In this document: positions 30,898 to 41,725 of the stretch, in pieces
Layout: each line of letters opens with the position of its first letter
Position numbering within the stretch: the first letter of the stretch is position 1
Source of the DNA: a bacterium
GTDB lineage: Bacteria; Patescibacteriota; Minisyncoccia; JAHIHE01; JAGLIN01
Reading direction: 5' to 3'
NCBI GenBank assembly: GCA_030638825.1
Contig: DAOWDU010000011.1
Coordinates: forward strand, 5,675 to 69,674
Length of the DNA: 64,000 nucleotides
Program-made: the position numbers and the translations under genes
The notes under the pieces: model-generated
What the model saw: the letters and a program-made list of their open reading frames with translations, nothing else
What the model was told of the DNA's origin: nothing
Databases searched by the model: none

Positions 30898-32739
30898 ATG
30901 TCTTTACTGGATAAAATTCTACCAAACAAAACTCAATCCAAAACAACCATAGATCCTTCCCAAAAGTCCGCTCTTTTGGAGTCGGAAAAAATATATCAAA
31001 GAGGATTGGCGACGGTCAAAGATATTATCGCTCCCGCGGCTTTTAAAATTGAGTCGGATCATGTAATGATTAACAAAAAAATGGCCTCAACCTTTTTTGT
31101 TTACGCTTATCCGAGGTTTTTGCAAACAAACTGGTTTTCTCCGATTATAAACCTGGACACGACTTTTGATATTGCAATGTTTATTCATCCTCAAAGCACC
31201 GCTGAGATTTTAAGGAATTTGCGGAAGATTATAACCCAAATCCAATCGCAAATTTCTATTAACGAAGAAAAGGGGTTGGTAAGAGACCCAATTTTGGAAA
31301 CTGCTTTTCAGGATGTTGAGAATTTAAGAGATGATTTGCAGCAGGGAGTTGAGCATTTTTTTCAGTTCGGTCTTTATATCACAATATATGGAGATACAAA
31401 AGAAGAACTAAGAAAAATTGAGACTCAAATAGAAGCAATTTTAGAATCAAAACTTATTTATATCAAACCAGCCATTATGCAAATGGAGGCGGGATTTAAT
31501 TCAACGCTTCCGCTCGGATCTGATAAACTGATGATCGGAAATAATATGAACACCTCTCCCCTTTCCACTACTTTTCCTTTTGTATCCAGCGACTTAACTT
31601 CCAATCAGGGGATATTATATGGGATTAACAGGCACAATAACAGTTTGGTTCTGTTTGACAGATTTTCTATGGAAAATGCGAATATGGTTATTTTCGCCAA
31701 ATCTGGCGCTGGAAAAAGTTACGCTGTGAAACTTGAAATTTTACGAAGTTTAATGATGGACACTGAAGTTATTATTATTGATCCTGAAGATGAATATAAA
31801 CATCTTTGTGAAACTACAGGAGGAACTTTCTTGAGAATTTCTCTGTCGTCAAAACATCATATCAATCCGTTTGACTTGCCGACCGCTATGGAAGATGAAA
31901 CTCCAGCTGATGTTTTGCGAACCGCTATTTCAAATATTTCAGGACTTTTAAAAGTTATGCTTGGAAAAATCTCCACGGAAGAAGATTCAATTTTAGACAG
32001 AGCGATCGCGGAAACTTATGCTATTAAAGATATCACTCCCGAAGCTGATTTTACTAATTTAGAAATGCCGACAATGACAGACTTGCAGATGGTTTTAGAA
32101 AATATGAAGGGCGCGGAAAGTTTATCTATCAGAATTAAAAAATATACAGAAGGAACTTTCGCTGGGTTTTTAAATCACAAGACAAACATTAGTGTTGATA
32201 CAGGAATGATTGTTTTCAATATCAGAGATATGGAAGATGAATTAAGGCCAGTAGCGATGTATTTAATCCTGCATTTTATTTGGACATTGATTAGAACAAA
32301 AACGAAAAAAAGAATGATGGTTATTGACGAAGCCTGGTGGATGATGCAGCACGAGGATGCCGCTTCGTTTCTTTTTGGAATTGCGAAAAGATGCCGAAAG
32401 TATTATTTAGGTCTGACGACTATTACGCAGGATGTGACTGATTTTATGGGCTCTAGATTTGGCAAGCCGATTGTGACGAATTCCTCAATTCAGCTTTTGC
32501 TCAAACAGTCCCCCGCGGCGATTAAAGTTATCGTGGACACATTTTATCTGACAGACGAAGAAAAGTTTTTGCTCTTGGAAAGCAATGTCGGGGAAGGAAT
32601 TTTCTTCGCTGGCCCGAAGCGCGCGGCGATCAAAGTTGTCGCTTCTTATTCCGAAGATCAAATTATAACTTCTGACCCGGCGCAATTGTTGGAAATTGAG
32701 AGGGCGAAGAAGGAATTAAGAGAGATAGCGGGAGAGTAG
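30898..32739 (+). CDS. VirB4/TraC-like ATPase
   Basis: FAKSGAGKS, IIDPEDEY, INPFDL, VIDEAW, RKYYLG, TQDV; ATG 30898 preferred because the upstream TTG lies in a repeat. Confidence 0.92.
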   Translation: MSLLDKILPNKTQSKTTIDPSQKSALLESEKIYQRGLATVKDIIAPAAFKIESDHVMINKKMASTFFVYAYPRFLQTNWFSPIINLDTTFDIAMFIHPQSTAEILRNLRKIITQIQSQISINEEKGLVRDPILETAFQDVENLRDDLQQGVEHFFQFGLYITIYGDTKEELRKIETQIEAILESKLIYIKPAIMQMEAGFNSTLPLGSDKLMIGNNMNTSPLSTTFPFVSSDLTSNQGILYGINRHNNSLVLFDRFSMENANMVIFAKSGAGKSYAVKLEILRSLMMDTEVIIIDPEDEYKHLCETTGGTFLRISLSSKHHINPFDLPTAMEDETPADVLRTAISNISGLLKVMLGKISTEEDSILDRAIAETYAIKDITPEADFTNLEMPTMTDLQMVLENMKGAESLSIRIKKYTEGTFAGFLNHKTNISVDTGMIVFNIRDMEDELRPVAMYLILHFIWTLIRTKTKKRMMVIDEAWWMMQHEDAASFLFGIAKRCRKYYLGLTTITQDVTDFMGSRFGKPIVTNSSIQLLLKQSPAAIKVIVDTFYLTDEEKFLLLESNVGEGIFFAGPKRAAIKVVASYSEDQIITSDPAQLLEIERAKKELREIAGE

Positions 32740-32819
32740 AAATGAGGGTGCCATAGTCTCCGCAGAGCTGTGGCACCGTCCGTTAGAATGTCCGTTATTT
32801 GTCCGTTAAAAATTATTTT

Positions 32820-33725
32820 ATGGATAATATAAAAAATGATAAAACAGAAAAAGAGATAGAAGAAAAAGTTTCGGAGAAATTGAAGAAGGATATAAAAAAA
32901 TTGCTATCAGATAAAGAAGGAAGAACGCCATCGGAGAGTCTAGGAAAGGAGTGGAGAAGAATACTATCAGGAGGAACTGAAAAAAATGAAGCGTTTAAAA
33001 AACATAGTGAAAATTATAATGATAGACAAAGTAGTAGAAAACATAGAAGAGCTGGTAGTAAAAAAAGTCTCCCGCCCTTGAAAGATTTAAGAGAAAAAGA
33101 TAAAGAAGAAAAAAAAGCAAAAGAAAAGTTTCAAAATAAACTTAGTAAGATTAATCGACAATCTGTTAAGAATATTAAGAGAAATGTTAAGGAAAGATCA
33201 AGGAAAATTGCGGAAAGAAGAAAAGTAGCTTTTAAAAAAAAGCTTAAGGAGAAGATGAAGAAAAAACTTACGATGAATGCAAAACAAGGGAAAAGCATTC
33301 ATATGACTTGCCTGTTTGCATTTATGATGTTCCTTGCTTTTTTTAATGATGTCTTGTTGGATATACTTGTTGCGATGACTGTTGAAATTATTGCGTTGGC
33401 AATTTCGCTAACAGGAATAGGAGCCGCGGTAGGATTGCCTATTATCGCTTTTGTAGAATCTGCGGGAAATGTTATTGATGCTGCAACAGGCATAATCCTT
33501 ACAATTTTCTCATTATATATAGGAGGGCATACCAAGGCTGGTATGAAAAAAGGTTTAAGATCTTTGGCTAAATATGTAGGAGGTTTTATTATTGAGCTGA
33601 TTCCTATTTTAAATTTGTTTGTAAGTTGGATGGTGGTTGTTGCATCAGACTGGCTTGCAGTTAGGAAAAGAGCGGAAAAAGCGGAAGCAATGGATGAGGA
33701 AATTAATCAGATAAGCGGAAGATAA
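32820..33725 (+). CDS. Hypothetical membrane protein (basic N-terminus, C-terminal TM helices)
   Basis: ORF; IELIPILNLF motif and hydrophobic C-terminal half. Confidence 0.7.
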   Translation: MDNIKNDKTEKEIEEKVSEKLKKDIKKLLSDKEGRTPSESLGKEWRRILSGGTEKNEAFKKHSENYNDRQSSRKHRRAGSKKSLPPLKDLREKDKEEKKAKEKFQNKLSKINRQSVKNIKRNVKERSRKIAERRKVAFKKKLKEKMKKKLTMNAKQGKSIHMTCLFAFMMFLAFFNDVLLDILVAMTVEIIALAISLTGIGAAVGLPIIAFVESAGNVIDAATGIILTIFSLYIGGHTKAGMKKGLRSLAKYVGGFIIELIPILNLFVSWMVVVASDWLAVRKRAEKAEAMDEEINQISGR

Positions 33726-33801
33726 AATTTTCAAAATTTGATAGTTTATTTCAAAAGTGCTATTATTGAGATAGTGAAGTTTAGATTTATAAATAAAAAA
33801 C

Positions 33802-34158
33802 ATGGAAACAAAAAAAGAAATAACAATAGATGAATTAGCGGGAATGATGCAACGGGGGTTTGTAGCGCTTGAAAATAAAATGGATAGCAAGTTTGATAAA
33901 TTAGATAGCAAGTTTGACAGGCTTGATAATAAAGTTAATGGATTAAAGAGCGAGATGGATAGAAAGTTTGACAGAGTTGATGAAAGGTTTGATCAAGTTT
34001 TAACTAATCAGGATCATATTTTGGGAAGATTGGAAAATTTAGAAACGGACAACACGGCAGGCGCAGAAGCTTCTCGGCGGCAGGAAGATAAATTAGAGGA
34101 TTACGAAAAAAGAATTATTGTTACAGAGAAAAAATTAGGAATTGGCGCGGCAATTTAA
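33802..34158 (+). CDS. Small coiled-coil protein
   Basis: ITIDELAGMMQRGF followed by heptad KFDKLDS-type repeats; paralog at 50731. Confidence 0.8.
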   Translation: METKKEITIDELAGMMQRGFVALENKMDSKFDKLDSKFDRLDNKVNGLKSEMDRKFDRVDERFDQVLTNQDHILGRLENLETDNTAGAEASRRQEDKLEDYEKRIIVTEKKLGIGAAI

Positions 34159-34173
34159 ATAACCCTTAAACTT

Positions 34174-35391
34174 ATGCAAACAAAAAAAACTACTTTTATA
34201 ATAGCTTTTATCTCGGCGATATTTGTTAGCGTGAATTTTATGGTTGCCAAAGCGTATGTGCCGTTAGTCAGGCTTCCTGGATTGCCGACAGAGGGGGAGA
34301 TTAATTTATCGCAATACATTATTGGATTATATAATTTTTTATTAAGCATCGTGGGAATAGTCGCTGTAATGATGCTGATTATCGGGGGGATGAAATATAT
34401 AACCGCGGCTGGAAACGCTTCAATTATATCTGACGCTAAGGACACAATTTCAAACGCCTTATTCGGTTTATTGCTGGCGCTTTTGTCCTGGGTGATCGTG
34501 AGCACAATAAACCCTGATGTTTTATACATAAAAAATCCTGGCGCCGATTTTACAGAGGTACTTAAAGACGATCTCGGCGCATGCGGTTATTATGATCCTG
34601 ATCCTGCTATCATCGCTCCTGCTCCTAATTGTGTTTGTAAAGACAGCGCAGTTGCTTTTGCTAGTATAACTAGTCAAGAAGCATGTCAGGATATTTGCGT
34701 CAATGCTTGTGGAACGACAGAAGCTTCTCCTTGCATCGGAGGGACTTCAAATAATCCAATAAATGGCGTGTGTCATTGTGTTGATGGCAATAAAGAAGTA
34801 GATGTTGATTATGGAAATGCCCCAATAGACGCAAAATGTAATGAGGTTTGTAGCAATCCAAGTTTTGCTGAGGATGGGAAATATCATGGAGTAAAAACTG
34901 ATCTTGATATACTTAAATTAAATGATGACAATGAAATGATTCCTATTTCAAGAATAGATGAAGATACCTTTACTTTAAAAACGAATAAAGATTATTTTTT
35001 TGATTTTTCCGATTCCTATGATTGCAGAGGTGAAATAGTTAGTTTTGCGATTGAGTTTAACGGAGGGAAGCCAACTATTTTCGATGCTCCCGACAGATGG
35101 TGCTGTATGATAAATAATCCTGCTTGTCCATCAACTTGGGGAGAACTTTGTAATGCAGGACTTCTTTTTAAAACTATGTGTGACGATCCTACCTGTAGTA
35201 TTGATTTAAAACTATGTACTTGTTTTGAACCCAATGAAGATCGTTCAAATTATCCAATATACAAAGTAAGCTATAGTAGTGATGGGCTAAAAAAACTTTG
35301 GACAGGAATAACAAATAGAACTTCAGATGGAGGTATTGTTAGGTGTTACGAGGATGCTGAAAAGCTTTTTAGTGTAAGAGTTGAAAATTAA
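34174..35391 (+). CDS. TrbC/VirB2-like pilin domain with Cys-rich extracellular extension
   Basis: IIGGMKYITAAGN...AKDTISNALFGLLLALLSWVIVSTINP followed by about 20 Cys. Confidence 0.8.
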   Translation: MQTKKTTFIIAFISAIFVSVNFMVAKAYVPLVRLPGLPTEGEINLSQYIIGLYNFLLSIVGIVAVMMLIIGGMKYITAAGNASIISDAKDTISNALFGLLLALLSWVIVSTINPDVLYIKNPGADFTEVLKDDLGACGYYDPDPAIIAPAPNCVCKDSAVAFASITSQEACQDICVNACGTTEASPCIGGTSNNPINGVCHCVDGNKEVDVDYGNAPIDAKCNEVCSNPSFAEDGKYHGVKTDLDILKLNDDNEMIPISRIDEDTFTLKTNKDYFFDFSDSYDCRGEIVSFAIEFNGGKPTIFDAPDRWCCMINNPACPSTWGELCNAGLLFKTMCDDPTCSIDLKLCTCFEPNEDRSNYPIYKVSYSSDGLKKLWTGITNRTSDGGIVRCYEDAEKLFSVRVEN

Positions 35392-35434
35392 ATAAAAAAA
35401 ATGGCATAAAATGCCAAATTATTATTATTTAAAT

Positions 35435-36073
35435 TCATTCGAGATAAAACCATATTTTTTTTATCTCACAGGAAGTTTCCTTTAGAGCGATAGAAGAAGG
35501 ATCTGCCGATTGGCGTTCTATTAAATAGAAATCTCCTTCAATATCCTGACTTTGTTTTCCGATATCGAAACAATCCAAACGATCGGAACGGTCAGACAAA
35601 AAAGAATATTCAATCTCCCTGTTCCATGGTTCTCCTCTGTAAGCTATTACTTTAACCCTATATCTTACGGAGTTATAGCGCACATTATTGAACCTTTCGT
35701 CGTCATTTTTAACAATAGAGAATTTCAATATATTATTCTCTATCCCTACATTGACCAAATTCATATCTGGTCTTTTTTCTGATGATATTTCCTGAGGGAG
35801 ATTTGAAACAGGATAATATATTCCTGTTTTTCCTATTTCCTCTGTTTCTGGCTCTTCGGTTCCTACTGGAACAGCATCTGTCTCAGTATCAGTACCACCT
35901 ATACCAGTATCGGTAGCAGTGATAATTTCGCTGATTCCTATTACTCCTGGTCCAAATACTGCTGCGGTTAGTGTTATCGCTAAGAAAGCGACAAACCATG
36001 GAGCGACTGGCCATTCTCTTTTTTCGTGCTTGTTTTCTCCCTGTACAGGAGTCGTCTTTTCTTTTTCATACAT
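35435..36073 (-). CDS. Hypothetical membrane-anchored protein
   Basis: 212-aa ORF, one TM helix, acidic linker, GAGGTGA SD upstream. Confidence 0.7.
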   Translation of the reverse strand: MYEKEKTTPVQGENKHEKREWPVAPWFVAFLAITLTAAVFGPGVIGISEIITATDTGIGGTDTETDAVPVGTEEPETEEIGKTGIYYPVSNLPQEISSEKRPDMNLVNVGIENNILKFSIVKNDDERFNNVRYNSVRYRVKVIAYRGEPWNREIEYSFLSDRSDRLDCFDIGKQSQDIEGDFYLIERQSADPSSIALKETSCEIKKIWFYLE

Positions 36074-36304
36074 ATCTATTCACCTCAACTGTTTCAGATC
36101 ACCTCCTAACATTATTTCTTTATAGATGATCATTTTTATTGGCTACTCTCAAAATATCCAACAAAAAAGACCATCCAAAGAAATCTATTTTATAAAGAAC
36201 AATTTTTTAAAATAAGCATATAGCCTATCCTCTCCTCTATTTGCATTATACATTACTATAACGAGCAAGTCTATCACAAAGAAAAAGTTTGTCAAGACCG
36301 TTTC

Positions 36305-37604
36305 CTACACCCTGTATGATTTTAAAATCTTCTCCAACGACAAAAACTTAAAATTATTTTTTATTAAAAAACTCTTTTTCTCTTCTGGCAATTCTTCAAC
36401 AGTAAAAATAAAATAAATCTTTTTGTAGTTTTTTAACTTATCAATAAATTCACTTTTTCTAATCAAGTCATTAATCAATTTTTGATCTATCTTCTTAGAT
36501 TTTAATTTACATTCGCCAATCAGCGCTATTTTGTTTTTTTTATCAACCGCTACGATATCTATCTCTTTATTGTCGTTAGTTGCGTTAGATCTTTTCCAAA
36601 AAGAGCCGATTTGTTCAAAATTAAAAACATTGTCTTTGTTATTATTTTGTTCTATTAAGTAGGTTTTGATTAAATTCTCAAACTTAAAACCTAAATAACT
36701 ATCTAAATCCTTAATAATATAATCAAACAAAGCAGTCCAATTTTTTATTTCAATCAGATGATTTTTTTATAAAGATAGCGAAACCAAAAAGATAAAAATT
36801 CATCTCTAATTTTATACAGGCTTAATTTGGAGCTTGATTTTTTTTCTAAAATGGGAGTTTTTCTTTCTATGATCTCATAAAAATCTTCCAAGGCTTTTAA
36901 AAAAACTCCCAGAGAATTTATATTTATACCAGTATAGTTATGAATTTCATTTCTGGTTGTTTTGCCCAGAGAGATAGCAGTCAGAATTGAAAAGTATTTT
37001 TCATAAGATTTGCCGAATTCTTCAATCAAAATGTTCTTTCCTTCTTTGATTAAAAAAGCGTCTTCCTGGCAAAATAATTTTTTAATAATTTGTTTAGCGT
37101 TTTTTTTCGCTAAATCATCGTCTTCCAACAATTCAAAATATTTGGGCATTCCATTGAAAAGCGAATAGAAAATCAAAAAATTTTTGGAAGATAATAATTT
37201 AAAATCCCTTAAAATAGCTTGCTGGGTTTTTAAATCAAAAGGTCTAAGCTCTATAATTTTGTTAGCTCGATTATACAAAGGCTCCTTAGAAGAAGTAAAG
37301 ATTTTTTTAATGAGAGTAAACATTGAGCCAACGCAAAATATAGCAATTTTACTTTTATCTTTATTTAAGTCCCAGAATTTTTGCAAATCCGAAAAGAAAG
37401 AAGGGTTAACTGATTTAAAATTTTTTCTGTTTTTTTGCTAACGAAAAAATAAAGAAAAGGCTGTTTTCTGAAAGTATAAAGGATTAGAGCTGTTTTTCCT
37501 ACTCTTCTTTTTCCCTGAAGAACAATTAGTTGTCCTTTCTTTTTGCTAGTTTGAACAATTTTGTTGATTGTTGTTATTTCTTTTTCTCTATCGTAGAACT
37601 TCAT
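36305..37604 (-). pseudogene. ATPase_2/DUF234 (archaeal-type AAA ATPase) pseudogene in three fragments
   Basis: MKFYDREKE, GKRRVGKT; GSMF, PLYNRA, GMPKY, FWFRY; FENL, EIDIV, ECK; two frame breaks and no Walker B. Confidence 0.88.
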
Positions 37605-37731
37605 AAAATAGTTATGATTATAACGGTTATATTTACTACCGTAGTAACAGAAGAACTTATTTTTGTCAATGGCTCCATCTCATATTTTTATATAGATTCC
37701 GCTTTGCGCATTCAAATTATTAATAAATATC

Positions 37732-37821
37732 TGGCGGCGGGAGAGGGATTCGAACCCCCGATACCTTTTCAGATATAGCAGTTTTCGAAACTGCCCCGTT
37801 CAACCGCTCCGGCATCCCGCC
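37732..37821 (-). tRNA. tRNA-Ser (CGA), CCA encoded
   Basis: GGCGGGATGCCGGAGCGG..GCAGT-TTCGAAA-ACTGC, long variable arm, GGTTCGAATCC...GCCA. Confidence 0.96.
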
Positions 37822-37928
37822 TGATTAACCTATAACTGAAAACAAATAACTTATAACTCGCGATGGCAAAAAAGAAAAGAGCGTTTCTATAATTTCTGTT
37901 CTTTGAATAGTGTTAATTTGAAATGCAT

Positions 37929-39620
37929 TTAATTTTCGTAGATGTCATAATCTTCGTAGTCGTAATAATCGTAATAATCGTAATCATAATTATAATCATA
38001 ATTCAAAATATCAATTATCCTGATGGTATTTTCCTTTGAAGTGGCTATTACTAGGATATTATTTTTGGCAAAATAATCAAAACTGATATCTTTAGTAGGC
38101 AAGTTTATATATCTAATATAAGTGTAGCCGTAATTCGTAAATTCAAAACGCTGGTCAAAGCGTTCTTCTATTTTGCTGTCCGTAAATAATGGCTCAAAGA
38201 CTTTGAACATTTTCTTTTTAGCAACGCTTTCTTGCTCCCAATCCCCCATCGTTTTCAGCAAAGAGACAAGATCGTTTGATTCTATCGCAATTGCAAATCT
38301 AAAAGCGTTTGTTCCTGTTTTTATGGCAAAAATATTATAGCTTTCAGTTGTTGTTTCCCAAAAACTGTCTGGGAAGTTCTTGGTTTCAATTCTGATATCT
38401 TCCAACGCTTCTTTCAGTGAGACTATATTGTTATCGTCTTTTATTACAATTCTCAATTCTTTAATATCGTCATCTCTCCCGAATTTTTCGTTAATAGCGC
38501 TTTCCTTAAATCCCATTTTGACGATGTCGTCTTTAGTAAATTCAATAGAGCTCTTAATTTGAGCGAACTCTTTTATTTCTGTTCCAATAATAACTACTGG
38601 AGGCTCGAACGGAGTCGGGGTGAGTTTTCTAACGAGAACATAATAAATCGCTCCGGATAGAATAATTAAAAGAAGCGCTATCGGAATAATTTTTTTCCAG
38701 GGCAGCGAAAACAGCTTTATATTGTATTTTTTTATTACCCTGCTTTTTAATTTCTTGTATTTTTCTTTCTCAGAAATAATTTTTTGCTTTTCTTTCATTT
38801 CGGCAGTGCTTTTCATATCTTCTATTTCATCTTTTTTTTCTTTTAGTTTAATCCTTTTAGAAACAGAGCTGTATTTTTTTTGTTTTCCGAAAATCAGTCT
38901 ATTCTCCGGCGATTGATAGCCGTCATCGTTATAGAAACTTTTTATTGCCTCCTTTTTCTTTTCTGGCTCTTTCTCTGTCTTAAGAGATTTTTCCTTTGTT
39001 AATACTCCAGAATTTTTATATTCTTTTTCCTTGTTTTCTTTCTCTATATTTTTTATATCTTCAACACGCTTTGTTATTTTGCGAGGTTCTGTGGGTTTAT
39101 CGTCCTTGAGTTTTTTTGAAATATTATTCCAAAATGATTGTTTGTCTTCCTCTGTTTTTTCTATTTCAGCCGCTCTTTTTTCCTCTAATTCATCGTCCGT
39201 CTTTTCTGTCTGGACTTCCTGATTTTCTTTCTTGTCAATTGTTTCTGAAATTTTATCAATAAGATCCTCCAATTCTTTTTTGTCATCGCTTTTCAAATCA
39301 ACTTGTTTTTCTTCTTGCTCTGTTGCCTTTTCTTCGCTTGCCGTATCTACTATAGCAGTTTCTTCCTCTGTATCTTTTTTCACTGATTCTTTTTCATCGT
39401 CATTTTTTGAAATTCTTTCTATAAGATTTTTTAGTTCGTCAATTTCTTCATCCTTTAATTTTCCGGAAGTTGTGTCGGGCGCCACGACAGAACCAGATAT
39501 TTCCGCAGTGGCAATATCTGGTTTCTTTTGACCTTGCTCCTCTTTTAATAATTTTCCGCTTTCATTATCAGAAGAAGCAAGATCATCTTTCATTGTTCTT
39601 ATTTTTATTTTTCCTTTCAT
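37929..39620 (-). CDS. Hypothetical single-pass membrane protein
   Basis: IRTMKDDL start, charged N-terminal half, one TM, Y/D-rich tail. Confidence 0.75.
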   Translation of the reverse strand: MKGKIKIRTMKDDLASSDNESGKLLKEEQGQKKPDIATAEISGSVVAPDTTSGKLKDEEIDELKNLIERISKNDDEKESVKKDTEEETAIVDTASEEKATEQEEKQVDLKSDDKKELEDLIDKISETIDKKENQEVQTEKTDDELEEKRAAEIEKTEEDKQSFWNNISKKLKDDKPTEPRKITKRVEDIKNIEKENKEKEYKNSGVLTKEKSLKTEKEPEKKKEAIKSFYNDDGYQSPENRLIFGKQKKYSSVSKRIKLKEKKDEIEDMKSTAEMKEKQKIISEKEKYKKLKSRVIKKYNIKLFSLPWKKIIPIALLLIILSGAIYYVLVRKLTPTPFEPPVVIIGTEIKEFAQIKSSIEFTKDDIVKMGFKESAINEKFGRDDDIKELRIVIKDDNNIVSLKEALEDIRIETKNFPDSFWETTTESYNIFAIKTGTNAFRFAIAIESNDLVSLLKTMGDWEQESVAKKKMFKVFEPLFTDSKIEERFDQRFEFTNYGYTYIRYINLPTKDISFDYFAKNNILVIATSKENTIRIIDILNYDYNYDYDYYDYYDYEDYDIYEN

Positions 39621-39634
39621 AATATATTTTTATT

Positions 39635-41725
39635 TTACACTCCCTTATGCGTCAAACTTATTCTTCCTTGATCGTCAATTTCTTTTACTTTCACGGCAAT
39701 AACATCGCCAAGATTAACAACATCTTCAACTTTCTCAACCCTATTGGGAGCAAGTTCTGAAATATGAACCAGTCCATCTTGTCCAGGGAGAACTTCCACA
39801 AAAGCGCCGAAAGTCATAATTCGCACAACCTTGCCTTGAAAAACTTCTCCGACAACAACTTCTCTTGTTAATTCTTTGATCCAGTCTTCCGCTTTCTTCG
39901 CTTCTGTCGCATCTTTGGAAGTAATCATTACTAAGCCATCATCTTCAATATCTATCGCTACGCCAGTTTCGGCAATAATTTCGTTAATCATTTTTCCACC
40001 AGGTCCGATGACATCTTTTATTTTTTCAGGGTTTATTTTCATTGTTGTAATTCGTGGCGCATATTGAGAAAGCTCTTTTCTTGATTCCGAAATCGCTTCA
40101 TTCATCGTCTCAATAATTTTCATCCTCGCTTCTCTTGCCTTAGTTAAAACTTCTTCAACTATTTCCAAAGTTATTCCCGCTACTTTCACATCCATTTGCA
40201 TCGCCGTAATTCCTTTTTCTGTTCCCGCTACCTTGAAATCCATATCGCCGTGATGATCTTCATAGCCCTGAATGTCAGTTAATATTTTATGATTCCCATT
40301 ATCATCAGAAATCAAACCCATCGCAATTCCCGCCGCTGGTCGTGGAATAAAAATCCCTGCGTCCATTAAAGCCAACGAACTTCCGCAAACACTTGCCATT
40401 GAAGATGAGCCATTAGATGATAAAATTTCCGAAACTAAACGAATTGTATATGGAAATTCTTCTTTGTCTTGAGGAATTAATGGTTGCAACGCTTTTTCTG
40501 CCAAAGCGCCGTGCCCGATTTCTCTTCGTCCCGGTCCGCGCATTGGTCCAGTTTCTCCAACTGAAAATGAAGGGAATGTATAGTGATGCATAAATCTTTT
40601 TTTGCCATCTTCTTCCATACTATCCATAGTTTGCTCATCTCCGGGAGAACCCAAAGTTGCTACAGTCAAAGCTTGCGTTTCTCCTCTGTTAAATAATCCC
40701 GAGCCATGCGTTCTTGGAAGCAATCCAACTTGCGCGCTGATTTTTCTAATTTCTTCCACGTTTCTTTTATCTGGCCGTTTATCTTCTTCCAAAATCGCTT
40801 TATGAACCAAAGCGTCTATTTCTTCATCTGTCACTAAGTCCGCGATATATTTTAAAGCCTTATCATCGCCAAATTTTTCTTCTATAAATTTGTGCAAATC
40901 TTCTCTGAGCTGTTTGCTCTCTTTGTTTTTTTCTTCTTTATTTTCCGCAAAAACAACCTTCTCTAATCTTTCTGCTAAGAACTTTCGCATCTCATTTTCT
41001 ACCTCTTTATCCGCTTGAATTAATTTCGCTTCTCTCTTCTCTTTTCCAACCTCTGAAATTATTTCTTTCTGGAAATTAATTATTTCTTTAACGCATTTTT
41101 GCGAGAATTTAATTTTCTCCAAAACCTCATCTTCCGCAACTTCGTTTCCCCCGCCTTCAATCATATTTATTTGATCATCTTTTCCGGCGATAATAACATC
41201 AAATGAACTTTCGTCTCTTTGTTCATAGGTTGGATTGACGATAAGTTCTCCGTCAACTTTTGCCACTCGCACGGCGCCAATCGGTCCATCCCAAGGAATA
41301 TCAGAAATCGCCAATGCCAAAGATGCTCCAATTAAAGAGCAAATGTCCGGATCGTTCGCCTGATCTACAGACAAAATCGTCAAAACAACTTGAATATCAT
41401 TTCTAATTCTGCTGTTAAATAACGGTCTAATTGTTCTGTCCACCATTCGTCCTGACAAAATCGCTTCATCCGTCGGACGACCTTCTCTCTTGATAAATCT
41501 GCTTCCTTTAATTTTTCCCGCCGCGTAAAGTCGCTCTTCGTAATCTACCATTAAGGGAAAATAATTAATCCCCTCCCTGATATTGTCGCTCATTACGGCT
41601 GTCGCCAAAACGACTGTATCGCCATACTGAACTGTCACTGACCCATTCGCCTGATTTGCCATCTTGCCAGTTTCCACAATTATTTCTTTCCCCGCAAGAC
41701 TTTTCTTAAATGTTTTCACTTCCAT
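39635..41725 (-). CDS. pnp: Polyribonucleotide nucleotidyltransferase
   Basis: GRMVDRTIRPLF, HGSGLFNRGETQ, RREIGHG, SNGSSSMAS, GDMDFKVAG, KH and S1. Confidence 0.98.
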   Translation of the reverse strand: MEVKTFKKSLAGKEIIVETGKMANQANGSVTVQYGDTVVLATAVMSDNIREGINYFPLMVDYEERLYAAGKIKGSRFIKREGRPTDEAILSGRMVDRTIRPLFNSRIRNDIQVVLTILSVDQANDPDICSLIGASLALAISDIPWDGPIGAVRVAKVDGELIVNPTYEQRDESSFDVIIAGKDDQINMIEGGGNEVAEDEVLEKIKFSQKCVKEIINFQKEIISEVGKEKREAKLIQADKEVENEMRKFLAERLEKVVFAENKEEKNKESKQLREDLHKFIEEKFGDDKALKYIADLVTDEEIDALVHKAILEEDKRPDKRNVEEIRKISAQVGLLPRTHGSGLFNRGETQALTVATLGSPGDEQTMDSMEEDGKKRFMHHYTFPSFSVGETGPMRGPGRREIGHGALAEKALQPLIPQDKEEFPYTIRLVSEILSSNGSSSMASVCGSSLALMDAGIFIPRPAAGIAMGLISDDNGNHKILTDIQGYEDHHGDMDFKVAGTEKGITAMQMDVKVAGITLEIVEEVLTKAREARMKIIETMNEAISESRKELSQYAPRITTMKINPEKIKDVIGPGGKMINEIIAETGVAIDIEDDGLVMITSKDATEAKKAEDWIKELTREVVVGEVFQGKVVRIMTFGAFVEVLPGQDGLVHISELAPNRVEKVEDVVNLGDVIAVKVKEIDDQGRISLTHKGV

